Part shown: positions 49,501-63,100 of the stretch, one piece after another
Layout: every line of letters starts with the position of its first letter
Position numbering within the stretch: position 1 is the first letter of the stretch
Assembly (NCBI GenBank): GCA_002269645.1
Contig: NIVC01000412.1
Span: forward strand, 620,001 to 684,000
Direction: 5' to 3'
Origin: Macrostomum lignano
Lineage: Eukaryota
DNA length: 64,000 nt
The notes under the pieces: model-generated
What the model saw: only the letters and a program-made list of their open reading frames with translations
The model's database searches: none
What the model was told of the DNA's origin: nothing
Made by a program: the position numbers and the translations under genes

Positions 49501-52500
49501 AGATTTGAGGAGGTAACTAGATTAGATGGGAGATGAGATTCTGGAAGCTAGATTAGATGGGAGATGAGATTCTTGAGGCAAGATTAGATGAGAGACGAGA
49601 TTCTTGAGGCTAGATTAGATGAGAGATAGGACTCGCAGACTCACCGATAGTTCACTCCGATCTTTCTCGCCTGCAGGTCGCAGAAGGTGACCCTGGGGAA
49701 ATTGGAGGATCTGTACCAGTGCACGCCCTGCAGAATGTCCAGCAGCACTCTGAATCCGAAGAAGGTGTGCGTTGTTCCCACGAATTTCTCCATAAGATAG
49801 AGCTGACCAAACGCGTTTAAAAGGTAGAGCAGTTTCACGAAAAAGTACAAAACTACAAGGAAATTGCCGTGCCGCTTGCCACAGCAGATGCAGCTGCAGG
49901 CCGAGAGGCAGCGCCGGACTCGGACGCCCAGGCCGCGTTTGTACTCACGCTGGCGGTAGATGCAGCCCTCCATGTACCTGGGGGTTGGGGAGGGGCGCAT
50001 TGGGTTAGAGTGTGATGGGTGGGGGCTAAGGGTTGGAAAGAAATGAGTTGAAATGAGGTTGCAAACTGAGACATGGCTGTCGGGGCAAGAGAGTGAGGGG
50101 TGGGTGTTATGGCAAGAGAGTGAGGGGTGGGTGTTATGGCAAGAGAGTGAGGGCTGGGTGTTTGGGGCAAGGGAGTGAGGGGGTTGGTGTTGGGGCAAGG
50201 GAGTGAGGGGGTTGGGTGTTGGGCAAGGGACTGAGGGGTGGGTGTCGGGGCAAGGGAGTGAGGGGTGGGTGTTGGGCAAGGGAGTGAGGGGGTTGGGTGT
50301 CGGGGCAAGGGAGTGAGGAGTGGGTGTTGGGGCAAGGGAGTGAGGAGTGGATTTGGCATTGAGTGATGGGGCTGGTTGTTGGGGCTAGGGAGTGAGGGGT
50401 GGGTGTTGGGGCAAGGGAGTGAGGGGTGGGTGTTGGGGCAAGGGAGTGCGGGGTGAGTGTTGGGGCAAGGGAGTGAGGGGGTTGGGTGTTGGGCAAGGGA
50501 GTGAGGGGTGGGTGTCGGGGCAAGGGAGTGAGGGGTGGGTTTTGGGGCAAGGGAGTGAGGGCTAGATGAGTGTTGGGGTTCAACTAGCCCCAACTAGTGA
50601 GTGTTGGGGCAAGGGAGTGAGGGGGTTGGGTGTTGGGCAAGGGAGTGAGGGGTGGGTGTCGGGGCAAGGGATTGAGGAGTGGGTGTTGAGGCAAGGGAGT
50701 GATGGGGTTGGTTGTTGGGGCTAGGAAGTGAGGGGTTTGGGTGTTGGGGCAAGGGAGTGAGGGGTGGGTGTTGGGGCAAGGGAGTGAGGGAGTGAGGGGG
50801 TTGGGTGTTGGGCAAAGGAATGAGGGGGTGGGTGTTGGGCAATGGAGTGAGGTTGGGTGTTGGACACGGGAGTGAGGGGTGGGTGTCGGGGCAAGGGAAT
50901 GAGAGGTGGGTGTTGGGCAAGGGAGTGAGGGGTGGGTGTTGGGGCAAGGGAGTGAGGAGTGGGTGCTGGGGCAAAGGAGTAATGGGTGGGTGTTGGGCAA
51001 GGGAGTGAGGGGTGGGTGTTGGGCAAAGGAGTGAGAGGTGGGTGTTGGGCAAGGCAGTGATTTAGCATTTAAAAATCATTCCGCTGAAGTAAAAAGTTGA
51101 TAGGGGTTCATGGTTAGGATCAAGGTCAGTGCTCACCGCGCCATGAACCGGACATTTTTATTAAGCGCCTCAGGGATGACCACATTGGCGTCGGCAGCCA
51201 TTTGCAGTAGGCGGCGAACATTGAAACCGGAATAGTTCATGAACAGGCGCCAGATGAGGCAGGGAATGTAGAACATGAGCGCCTGCACAGCTAGTACGAT
51301 GGGAGCCCACTGATAGTAGGTGATGGTGAGGCGGCTTCTGGACTGCTCTTCAGGAAGATGGTCCGCCTCCAGGGAGGCATAGTATGTATTGGCCACCCAG
51401 CAGTAGTTCTCGGCGTACTCCTCCCAGCCTCTGGTGAACTCTTGCGGGATCCAGCATTGGATCGGCTTGCCTGGGATTCGAGTAGGATAGAGATAGAGAA
51501 CTGGTCAAGGAAAATTTCTGAATTTTTATGACGAAACTCTTTTATGCATTTCTCTCTATTGGCTCACTTTTCTACCTGAGCTGCTGTTTGTTTTGTTCTC
51601 TTATTCGCTTGAAATCCATAGCTGCAGGGAAAATTTAATCAAATCAATCAAATTTATCAACGAATTTTTTATCTCATAAAAAATTACGAGTATTAATTCA
51701 ATGAGATTTCGAGTCGGAAATTTCTATCAAAGTGAATTTAATAAAGTCAACGATTAAGTCAATTGTTACTTGCCGGAACTGAATTTGAATTGAGATGTAG
51801 GGAGAGTGACCTGAAGGGAGAGTGACATGAAAGGAGAGTGACATGAAGGGACAGTGACATGAAGGGAGAGTGACATGAAAGGAGAGTGACATGAAGGGAG
51901 AGTGACATGAAAGGAGAGTGACATGAAGGGACAGTGACATGAAGGGAGAGTGACATGAAAGGAGAGTGACATGAAGGGAGAGTGACATGAAGGGAGAGTG
52001 ACATGAAAGGAGAGTGACATGAAGGGACAGTGACATGAAGGGAGAGTGACATGAAGGGATAGTGACATGAAGGGAGAGTGACATGAAAGGAGAGTGACAT
52101 AAAGGGAGAGTGACATGAAGGGACAGTGACATGAAGGGACAGTGACATGCAGGGAGAGTGACATAAAGGGATAGTGACATGAAGAGAGAATGACATGAAG
52201 TAAGAGTGACATGAAGGGAGAGTGACATGAAGGGAGAGTGACATGAAGGGAGAGTGACATGAAGGGAGAGTGACATGAAGGGAGAGTGACATGAAGGGAG
52301 AGTGACATGAAGGGAGAGTGACATGAAGGGAGAGTGACATGAAGGGAGAGTGACATGAAGGGAGAGTGACATGAAGGGAGAGTGACATGAAGGGAGAGTG
52401 ACATGAAGGGAGAGTGACATGAAGGGAGAGTGACATGAAGGGAGAGTGACATGAAGGGAGAGTGACTTGGGGCAGGAGTGCCATGAGGGGTGCTAAATAT

Positions 52501-54434
52501 TTATTAATATTTATTTACAAGTGTCAAGCGTCAATGGTCTCAAAGCATTTCCGCCAGCACTGTCGCACTCTACAAAATTTCTGGTTTATTTTTTAACTAA
52601 CAAAAAAGATCCAGATAAAAAACTCCCTCTCTGGAGCTGGGGCTTGGAGGTTCATAGTGGAAGGGGTGCCGTGCAACACCCACTGTGCAGCCCCCATTAA
52701 TTTTTCAGCATTACAGCATTGCAGCAGCATCACAATTCCTCCCATGTGCGGCAGAAGGCCGCCCAACCGGCCAAGAAAAAGCTACGGGGTGTGCTGGGAA
52801 AAATTAAGAATTAGAAGCAACTCACGGGGGGCTGAGAGTGCTGTCTGAATTGAAAGCTGCATAGCGGAATTCAGGAGAGAAAAATTGAGTAAAAAAGAGT
52901 GGAGCTCAGAGAGAGAGAGGAGGGTTGCTTAGCCTGATGAGGAAGTGCAGGATCTGCAACTGGAGAAGAGGGGAATTGATCTCGCTGAGGCAGACTGAGT
53001 AGGGGATCCAGGTTTCAATATCTGGTAAGCTGCGTGTATATCAGATGTCTGGAAATTCTATTAGCTTGAAAAAATCTAGGGATATAGTGGATTAGATATC
53101 TAGAGATCTAGTACTGTAGATCTGTGATCTAGAAATTTTAAATCTAGAGATCTAGAGATCTAGGGATCTAGTGGATCAGAGATCTAGTCGATCACACATC
53201 TAGAGATCTAGTAGACTTGTGATATAGAGATTTGGAGAACTAGCAGATAAGAGATCACAAATCTAGAGATCTAGTAGATTAGTGATATAGAGATTTGGAG
53301 AACTAGCAGATAAGAGATCACAAATCTAGAGATCTAGTAGATTAGAGATCTAGAGATCTGGAGTTCTAGTAGGATCAGAGATCCAGAGATTTAGTAGATC
53401 AGAAATCTGACGATCTGGAGATCTAGCAGATAAGGGATCGAAAATCCAGAGATCTTGTAGATAAGGGATCAGAGATCTAGAGACCTAGTAGAGTATAGAT
53501 CTATAGAACTGGAGATTTAATAGATAAGGAGTCAGATATCTAGAGATGTAGTTGATAGGGAATCAGATATCTAGAGATGTAGTTGATAAGGAATCAGATA
53601 TCTCGAGATTTAGTAGATCAGGAATCAGATATCTCGAGATTTAGTAGATAAGGAATCAGAGATCTAGAGATGTAGTTGATAAGGAATCAGAGATCTAGAG
53701 ATGTAGTTGATAAGGAATCAGAGATCTAGAGATGTAGTTGATAAGGAATCAGAGATCTAGAGATGTAGTCGATAAGGAATCAGAGATCTAGAGATGTAGT
53801 CGATAAGGAATCAGATATCTAGAGATGTAGTTGATAAGGAATCAGAGATCTAGAGATGTAGTCGATAAGGAATTAGAGATCTATAGACTCAGCAGATTAG
53901 ATGGAGTTGGGTTGAGTCGGATCAAGTGACAAAAGAAATAATTAAGTCAGATTAACATATTAACATAGAACATATTAACTATTAATCTTCAAAAAAGTAA
54001 TTTCGTTCTCTAGCAGAAGAACAGAGAAAAAAGCCGAATTTTGACAATCCGGAAGTTCTGCAGGCGAGTCGCCACACCGGCGTGCCTGTCCGATCGGATG
54101 GGATGCTGGGACCCGCTTCATCGCGTGACAGCTTTTTGTCTATCACGCAGAGCTGGGGGAGGAGCTGCTCCGCACTTCAACTCAGCCCGCGCCATCGGCT
54201 TAAGAGGGACGGGATTTGCGATCGGGCCTGAAAATCTTTTCCTGTCTGAGTTGCCAAGCAGAGGCGGGCGAGGAACTTGAGTAGTAATATTTGTAATCTT
54301 ATACTGAGTCCCTGCGCATATTCCCGCGTGTGTCTGTCGCCGACTCCTGGCGTGGATGCAAAGTCAACCGTGCCATAAAAGTACCGTAATTTATCTGCTT
54401 ACGGGCTGCTTCCTACTAGGACATAAAAATTTAT

Positions 54435-54511
<77 letters not shown>

Positions 54512-54532
54512 AAGATAGAAAGATAGAAAGAT

Positions 54533-54593
<61 letters not shown>

Positions 54594-54594
54594 C

Positions 54595-54639
<45 letters not shown>

Positions 54640-54869
54640 AAGATAGATAGATAGATAGATAGACAGATACTCGTAGATAGACAGACACACACAGACAGCT
54701 ATCAGGACTCACCAACATACTGCCGAATGCCGATCAGGCCGATGAACAGGAACAGGATCACCCCGGAGAACTGGTAGTTCAGCCGGTCGGCAAAGTCGTC
54801 GTCGACTCGCTGCCGGCTGGAGCCGATGCGGCCCAGCTTGGACAGCTTCCACATGAACGTGGCGTCCAT
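46561..54869 (-). CDS. inx: Innexin (gap-junction protein), ~445 aa; exons 54869-54713, 51470-51137, 49977-49645, 47074-46561
   Basis: Motifs DDDFADRLNY, GKPIQCWIP, ENYCWV, YYQWAP, FPRVTFCD, QCVLPLNMFLEKIYVFLWFW. GT-AG introns of phase 1, 2, 2; total 1338 nt in frame. Confidence 0.95.
47176..48660. repeat. 15 bp minisatellite, ~95-100 copies, innexin intron 3
   Basis: Unit CATGTCACTCTCACC on the plus strand. Confidence 0.95.
49310..49630. repeat. 35 bp minisatellite, innexin intron 3
   Basis: Unit ACTAGATTAGATGGGAGATGAGATTTGAGGAGGTA. Confidence 0.88.
50075..51060. repeat. G-rich ~27-28 bp degenerate minisatellite, innexin intron 2
   Basis: Unit GGGGCAAGGGAGTGAGGGGTGGGTGTT. Confidence 0.9.
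51800..52468. repeat. 16 bp minisatellite, ~42 copies, innexin intron 1
   Basis: Unit GAAGGGAGAGTGACAT on the plus strand. Confidence 0.95.
53060..53890. repeat. 31 bp minisatellite with degenerate AGATCT/TCTAGA-rich flank, innexin intron 1
   Basis: Unit TCTAGAGATGTAGTTGATAAGGAATCAGAGA. Confidence 0.85.
54436..54680. repeat. (GATA)n microsatellite, innexin intron 1
   Basis: Direct inspection. Confidence 0.97.
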
Positions 54870-55860
54870 GACTGCTGCAGCTTATTCGAGCCTCTGAAAC
54901 GATGGCGAGACAGCAAGAAGCCCGCACTGGCATTAAAACGAAGAAAGTACTTGAAGCAAACAAGCAAGTTAGAATTGGGAGCCAAGCAATTTGATTAATT
55001 ACCGGTTATTGGTCGATTTTCAAGAGAATCTGCCGTTGCTATGGGTCAGTTCGAGATCCAATTTTATTGTTGAGAAGCCCCGGTATAGTTTGGGATATTT
55101 AGCCTGCAAGGAGTCGGGCCCCTGCATCGGCTCTATAGGCCTCGGAGGGCATTGGGGAAGGGCGTCCAATGGGACCTGTAAATGCGCCCCTGTGTGTCTC
55201 CCAGACTCCCCCGTGTGTCCCCTTCTCTCTCTCCATCGCCTTTTCCTTCTCCGTTTTCCCTTCCCTCATCGTCTCTTTGCTCAGTTCTCCACTCTCCAGC
55301 TGCATTTCGTCCCCCATTTTGGCAACGCCCAGCAACCGTCCCGTATGCATGGCGGCGTAGGAAAAATGTTTTTCTTAATTCCAGCTGAGCTCCGTGTGTG
55401 TGTGTGTGTGTGTGATGGGATCAATCTTGCCGTGCAGCGCGCGAGCTCAGGTCTGCTGTCTGACTCTCCCTCCCTCATCTCCCCTAACTCTGCCCGGCAC
55501 TGGCACTGAGAGATAACTCCTCTCTCTTCCAGGACTATAGAATTAACTATAGGGTTTTTTGAGTACCCGGCTCAGGGGAGGGGGAGGGGGGCATTGTTTA
55601 GCCAGTTCCATGCTTATCTGCCGCCCGGCTATTCATTAGCACACAACGCCTCGCGCTGGCCTGTCACGTCCGCGCGCGTGTACTTTAGCGAGAGCGGATG
55701 AGGATGCAGAGTAGCGGGAGAGCCCTTCATCGGCAAATTAAAATCTGCGACGGCTGTTAAGCATTTTAAAAGAAACATTCTTTCATTTTTACATGCAAAA
55801 AGAATTTAGCGCGGGTAGTACATAAGATGTGCAATTCAAGCTGAATATTTTCATATAATA

Positions 55861-56627
55861 GTGCAGATAGCGGAGAGTGAGGGGTGCAGATAGCGGAGAG
55901 TGAGGGGTGCAGATAGCGGGGAGTGAGGGGTGCAGATAGCGGAGAGTGAGGGGTGCAGATAGCGGAGAGTGAGGGGTGCAGATAGCGGAGAGTGAGGGGT
56001 GCAGATAGCGGGGAGTGAGGGGTGCAGATAGCGGGGAGTGAGGGGTGCAGATAGCGGGGAGTGAGGGGTGCAGATAGCGGAGAGTGAGGGGTGCAGATAG
56101 CGGAGAGTGAGGGGTGCAGATAGCGGGGAGTGAGGGGTGCAGATAGCGGGGAGTGAGGGGTGCAGATAGCGGAGAGTGAGGGGTGCAGATAGCGGGGAGT
56201 GAGGGGTGCAGATAGCGGGCAGTGAGGGGTGCAGATAGCGGGGAGTGAGGGGTGCAAATAGCGAGGATTGAGGGGTGCAGATAGCGGGGAGTGAGGGGTG
56301 CAAATAGCGGGGAGTGAGGGGTGCAAATAGCGAGGATTGAGGGGTGCAGATAGCGAGGATTGAGGGGTGCAAATAGCGAGGATTGAGGGGTGCAGATAGC
56401 GGGGAGTGAGGGGTGCAGATAACGGAGAGTGAGGGGTGCAGATAGCGGGCAGTGAGGGGTGCAGATAGCGGGCAGTGAGGGGTGCAGATAACGGGGAGTG
56501 AGGGGTGCAGATAACGGAGAGTGAGGGGTGCAGATAGCGGGAGTGAGGGGTGCAGATAGCGGGGAGTGAGGGGTGCAGATAACGGGGAGTGAGGGGTGCA
56601 GATAGCGGGCTGTGAGGGGTGCATGGA
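55861..56627. repeat. 23 bp minisatellite, ~33 copies, upstream of innexin 1
   Basis: Unit GTGCAGATAGCGG(A/G)GAGTGAGGG. Confidence 0.95.
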
Positions 56628-58219
56628 GTGAAGGTATAAATTTCTGCACAAGCAAGACAACCGTGGCCTATTAAGCTGGGTGCTCATACTTCTGTGCTGT
56701 GCATCAGTAAGCAGTGCTCATTAAGTTTTCATGATCGCGCCAGAATTTCGCCTAGCAGGATTGATCCATGATCCATGTATAGCTGGATCAATCCCTGCGC
56801 ACGTTGGATCAATATGTGAACTTTTCTCAGGCTCTCGACCAAGGCATTTTCCGACTCATATTTCTGCTCGTAGAAGAGAATTTCTTCAAATTGTTTCTGT
56901 CGTTAGCCTATCCTGCACTCACTGCTCCCGGTTGAAGAGAGACAGACGAGATGAGGATGAGAGAGGAGAGGAGGAAGAGGGAGGGTGACAGAATAGAGAG
57001 AGGAGGGAGAGAGGAGGGAGAGGGGAGGGGGAGAGAGAGGGGGGAACTGATGGAGGGTGGCAGGTCAGATTTGGCACAGGAAGTTCCCAGTTAACTGGAT
57101 TAAAGAAAATAGATTCAAAGCCTAAAAAGCAAGTCACAGTATGCAAATACATGATTTATTTAAAATAAAAATGGTCTAAATTCTTAACCAACAAAAGAGC
57201 AAACAAATGTGAACAGATAACAGAATTTTACAGTTTTACGAGACCGGTTAAAATTGTCACTATTTATTTTAAAATCTGGCGCAAATTTAAAACCAAAAAA
57301 TAAAACACTAATAAATACCTGTAGAATTAATCGAGTACAAACTACATGCAATAAATAGAGTGCCTGGTGTCATTAATAATTAATAAATATTAGTGAGAGA
57401 CGAGCAAAATAGAGAAGTTAAATATTTTCTATAAAAAAATAGCCCACAGTATATTGCAAAAGTTCCACAGTTGAAATCCAATGCACATGGCTGTGAACGG
57501 AACATGAGATTATGAAATAAAAGTTAGTATAATTGCCCAGGTGTGAACGCAGAGACAAAATTAAGATTTAATAAATGAATTATCGAAATGACGCGGTTTG
57601 CACAAGTGGCGCCTTTTGGTTAGCAAGATAGAAGTTGCCCATACTGCCCAAGTCCGCCCCTAATACTGGCATAAAATAAGTAGTATATAAAGAGTATTAA
57701 GTAGAACAAAAAAACGCACAAAACAGGCTGCTAACATATTGTTTCTGCCGATGAATTATGATGGCTAAGTGGCAGATTATTTGCTAAATAAACAGATTGC
57801 ATGGGCAGTGAGAATACTTGGTTATTATACAGTTCGCTTTGAAGATAAACTGAAAATATATATTTCACAGAATAAGCACACTATCCCACATGCACATCGG
57901 TGAATATTTGTTAAATATCAGTTCCTATTTCACTCAAGAATATACAAAGCAAAGTTTATGACCAAAGGTAAATCTCTCAAATGCCTCTCTGTATGAATCT
58001 TTGAGGGGAAGAGGTACGAATTTTATGACAGACAGAAGGAAACAAAAATTGAGAGGTAATAATTAAAGGAAACGGGAGGCTGACAGTTGGGGCATGAAGT
58101 TTCGAACAGCTTATCTTGACTGTTGGCACGAACTCAGGGCCTTTGAGCTGCTTTTCAAGAAAAATGAGACAGGCAAACTGCGGGTGCGGCCTTGCGTCAC
58201 TTATGTAGTCTTTTGGTGG

Positions 58220-59390
58220 TCTCTTAGGTTGGCGCCCCTGTCTCTTAGGTTGGCGCCCCTGTCTCTTAGGTTGGCGCCCACATGTCTCTTAGGTTGGCGC
58301 CCCTGTCTCTTAAGTTGGCGCCCCTGTCTCTTAGGTTGGCGCCCCTGTCTCTTAGGTTGGCGCCCACATGTCTCTTAGGTTGGCGCCCCTGTCTCTTAGG
58401 TTGGCGCCCACATGTCTCTTAGGTTGGCGCCCCTGTCTCTTAGGTTGGTGCCCCTGTCTCTTAGGTTGGCGCCCCTGTCTCTTAGGTTGGCGCCCCTGTC
58501 TCTTAGGTTGGCGCCCCTGTCTCTTAGGTTGGTGTCCCTGTCTCTTAGGTTGGTGCCCCTGTCTCTTAGGTTGATGCCCCTGTCTCTTAGGTTGGTGTCC
58601 CTGTCTCTTAGGTTGGTGTCCCTGTCTCTTAGGTTGGTGTCCCTGTCTCTTAGGTTGGTGTCCCTGTCTCTTAGGTTGGTGTCCCTGTCTCTTAGGTTGG
58701 TGTCCCTGTCTCTTAGGTTGGTGTCCCTGTCTCTTAGGTTGGTGCCCCTGTCTCTTAGGTTGGCGCCCACATGTCTCTTAGGTTGGCGCCCCTGTCTCTT
58801 AGGTTGGCGCCCCTGTCTCTTAGGTTGGCGCCCCTGTCTCTTAGGTTGGCGCCCCTGTCTCTTAGGTTGGCGCCCCTGTCTCTTAGGTTGGTGTCCCTGT
58901 CTCTTAGGTTGGTGCCCCTGTCTCTTAGGTTGATGCCCCTGTCTCTTAGGTTGGTGTCCCTGTCTCTTAGGTTGGTGTCCCTGTCTCTTAGGTTGGTGCC
59001 CCTGTCTCTTAGGTTGGTGTCCCTGTCTCTTAGGTTGGTGTCCCTGTCTCTTAGGTTGGCGCCCCTGTCTCTTAGGTTGACGCCCCTGTCTCTTAGGTTG
59101 GCGCCCCTGTCTCTTAGGTTGGTGCCCCTGTCTCTTAGGTTGGCGCCCCTGTCTCTTAGGTTGGCGCCCCTGTCTCTTAGGTTGATGCCCCTGTCTCTTA
59201 GGTTGGTGTCCCTGTCTCTTAGGTTGGCGCCCCTGTCTCTTAGGTTGGCGCCCATGTCTCTTAGGTTGATGCCCCTGTTTCTTAGGTTGGCGCCCATGTC
59301 TCTTAGGTTGTCGCCCCTGTCTCTTAGGTTGATGCCCCTGTCTCTTAGGTTGGCACCCCTGTCTCTTAGGTGAACGTCCCTGTCTTTTAG
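58220..59390. repeat. 21 bp minisatellite, ~55 copies, downstream of innexin 2
   Basis: Unit CTCTTAGGTTGG(C/T)G(C/T)CCCTGT. Confidence 0.95.
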
Positions 59391-59638
59391 GTGAGGGGCA
59401 TCACTGTCGTCCTGTCGTGAACGTCCTGTCTCTTAGTAAGTATAGAGATTGCTGCGTACTTGAACCAAATAGGATCGAGCTTGAATACAATTTATTCTTT
59501 GTGCTCATTGGCCTTACTTCTAATTCTTTGGGACTGAAATACCGAGGGTCCGGGGTCGGAGCATGTACAGAAGTGCTTAAGGATTGGCTCAGGTGGTTTT
59601 CAAAGTGGGATTCGGAGCGTTTGGTGAAAGAGGTGACT

Positions 59639-60047
59639 TTATACAACACTGGTCCCTCTGTTCACGCTCTCCAACAGTCTATTAACGTCCTCCTCTGCTC
59701 CGGTGATTTTGGCCTGTCGGTAGTTTCTCCACAGAGTCGCGGCCACGTCAAGAGAGATGAGGTCGCTGGCGAGGCTGGACACCGCCTGCAGGATGAACAC
59801 CCCGTCAGGACCCAGCGAGTTGGCCACGAACCGTTTGCAGTCGCGATCTTCCGTGTTCGAGATCAGCTTCATTGCTCGGAGGTATTGCTTGATGTAGGCC
59901 ACTCTTCGACCGGGGATCAGGATTCGAAGCATCCAAATGATGGTGCTGAGCAGTGTGAGAATGCCAAGGATAATGTACCAGAACCAAAGGAAGACGTAAA
60001 CTTTCTCGACAAAGTGATTGATTGGCAGAACGCATTGCAGTGTAAAC
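59639..60047 (-). CDS. inx: Second innexin, terminal exon (remaining exons outside the window)
   Basis: After acceptor TTGCTTCCAG: FTLQCVLPINHFVEKVYVFLWFW…LGPDGVFILQ…LWRNY…TSVV*. Same phase-2 junction as innexin 1 exon 4. Confidence 0.92.
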
Positions 60048-60120
60048 CTGGAAGCAAAGGGGATTTTATTCCAGATGGTTTGCTGTGTTTGTCGCAGAGG
60101 GTCCGTCCGTTTCGAGGCGT

Positions 60121-63100
60121 CCCTGTCTACTCAGGCACACACTAACACACAGCTGTACACAGCAGCCCTGTCTACTCAGGCACACACTAACACACAGCTG
60201 TACACAGCAGCCCTGTCTACTCAGGCACACACTAACACACAGCTGTACACAGCAGCCCTATCTACTCAGACACACACTAACACACAGCTGTACACAGCAG
60301 CCCTATCTACTCAGACACACACTAACACACAGCTGTACACAGCAGCCCTATCTACTCAGGAACACACTAACACACAGCTGTACACAACAGCCCTATCTAC
60401 TCAGACACACACTAACACACAGCTGTACACAGCAGCCCTATCTACTCAGACACACACTAACACACAGCTGTACACAGCAGCCCTATCTACTCAGACACAC
60501 ACTAACACACAGCTGTACACAGCAGCCCTGTCTACTCAGGAACACACTAACACACAGCTGTACACAGCAGCCCTGTCTACTCAGGAACACACTAATACAC
60601 AGCTGTACACAGCAGCCCTGTCTACTCAGGAACACACTAACACACAGCTGTACACAACAGCCCTATCTACTCAGACACACACTAACACACAGCTGTACAC
60701 AGCAGCCCTGTCTACTCAGGAACACACTAACACACAGCTGTACACAGCAGCCCTGTCTACTCAGGAACACACTAATACACAGCTGTACACAGCAGCCCTA
60801 TCTACTCAGACACACACTAACACACAGCTGTACACAACAGCCCTATCTACTCAGACACACACTAACACACAGCTGTACACAACAGCCCTATCTACTCAGA
60901 CACACACTAACACACAGCTGTACACAGCAGCCCTGTCTACTCAGGAACACACTAATACACAGCTGTACACAGCAGCCCTATCTACTCAGACACACACTAA
61001 CACACAGCTGTACACAGCAGCCCTATCTACTCAGGAACACACTAACACACAGCTGTACACAACAGCCCTATCTACTCAGACACACACTAACACACAGCTG
61101 TACACAGCAGCCCTGTCTACTCAGGAACACACTAACACACAGCTGTACACAGCAGCCCTGTCTACTCAGACACACACTAACACACAGCTGTACACAGCAG
61201 CCCTGTCTACTCAGGAACACACTAACACACAGCTGTACACAACAGCCCTATCTACTCAGACACACACTAACACACAGCTGTACACAGCAGCCCTGTCTAC
61301 TCAGGAACACACTAACTCACAGCTGTACACAGCAGCCCTGTCTACTCAGGAACACACTAATACACAGCTGTACACAGCAGCCCTATCTACTCAGACACAC
61401 ACTAACACACAGCTGTACACAGCAGCACTGTCTACTCAGGAACACACTAACACACAGCTGTACACAGCAGCCCTGTCTACTCAGGAACACACTAATACAC
61501 AGCTGTACACAGCAGCCCTATCTACTCAGACACACACTAACACACAGCTGTACACAGCAGCACTGTCTACTCAGACACACACTAACACACAGCTGTACAC
61601 AGCAGCCCTGTCTACTCAGACACACACTAACACACAGCTGTACACAGCAGCACTGTCTACTCAGACACACACTAACACACAGCTGTACACAGCAGCCCTG
61701 TCTACTCAGACACACACTAACACACAGCTGTACACAGCAGCACTGTCTACTCAGACACACACTAACACACAGCTGTACACAGCAGCCCTGTCTACTCAGG
61801 AACACACTAACACACAGCTGTACACAGCAGCCCTGTCTACTCAGGAACACACTAATACACAGCTGTACACAGCAGCCCTATCTACTCAGACACACACTAA
61901 CACACAGCTGTACACAGCAGCACTGTCTACTCAGACACACACTAACACACAGCTGTACACAGCAGCCCTGTCTACTCAGACACACACTAACACACAGCTG
62001 TACACAGCAGCCCTGTCTACTCAGACACACACTAATACACAGCTGTACACAACAGCCCTGTCTACTCAGGAACACACTAACACACAGCTGTACACAGCAG
62101 CACTGTCTACTCAGACACACACTAACACACAGCTGTACACAGCAGCCCTGTCTACTCAGGAACACACTAACACACAGCTGTACACAGCAGCCCTATCTAC
62201 TCAGACACACACTAACACACAGCTGTACACAGCAGCACTGTCTACTCAGACACACACTAACACACAGCTGTACACAGCAGCACTGTCTACTCAGACACAC
62301 ACTAACACACAGCTGTACACAGCAGCCCTGTCTACTCAGACACACACTAATACACAGCTGTACACAACAGCCCTGTCTACTCAGGAACACACTAACACAC
62401 AGCTGTACACAGCAGCACTATCTACTCAGACACACACTAACACACAGCTGTACACAACAGCCCTGTCTACTCTGGCACACACTAATACACAGCTGTACAC
62501 AGCAGCCCTGTCTACTCAGGAACACACTAACACACAGCTGTACACAGCAGCCCTGTCTACTCAGGAACACACTAACACACAGCTGTACACAGCAGCACTG
62601 TCTACTCAGGAACACACTAACACACAGCTGTACACAGCAGCCCTGTCTACTCAGGAACACACTAACACACAGCTGTACACAGCAGCACTGTCTACTCAGA
62701 CACACACTAACACACAGCTGTACACAGCAGCCCTATCTACTCAGGCACACACTAACACACAGCTGTACACAGCAGCACTGTCTACTCAGACACACACTAA
62801 CACACAGCTGTACACAGCAGCCCTGTCTACTCAGGAACACACTAACACACAGCTGTACACAGCAGCACTGTCTACTCAGACACACACTAACACACAGCTG
62901 TACACAGCAGCCCTGTCTACTCAGGAACACACTAACACACAGCTGTACACAACAGCCCTGTCTACTCTGGCACACACTAATACACAGCTGTACACAGCAG
63001 CCCTGTCTACTCAGGAACACACTAACACACAGCTGTACACAGCAGCCCTGTCTACTCAGGAACACACTAACACACAGCTGTACACAGCAGCCCTGTCTAC

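Noticed and set aside
35806-59373. Repetitive ORFs over the 15-34 bp arrays (GTHINQ, MDTYSS, LGQPPR, MSLSP, PLSLRL and similar)
   Set aside because: Open in multiple frames and strands, and mostly inside introns defined by frame-consistent splice sites.
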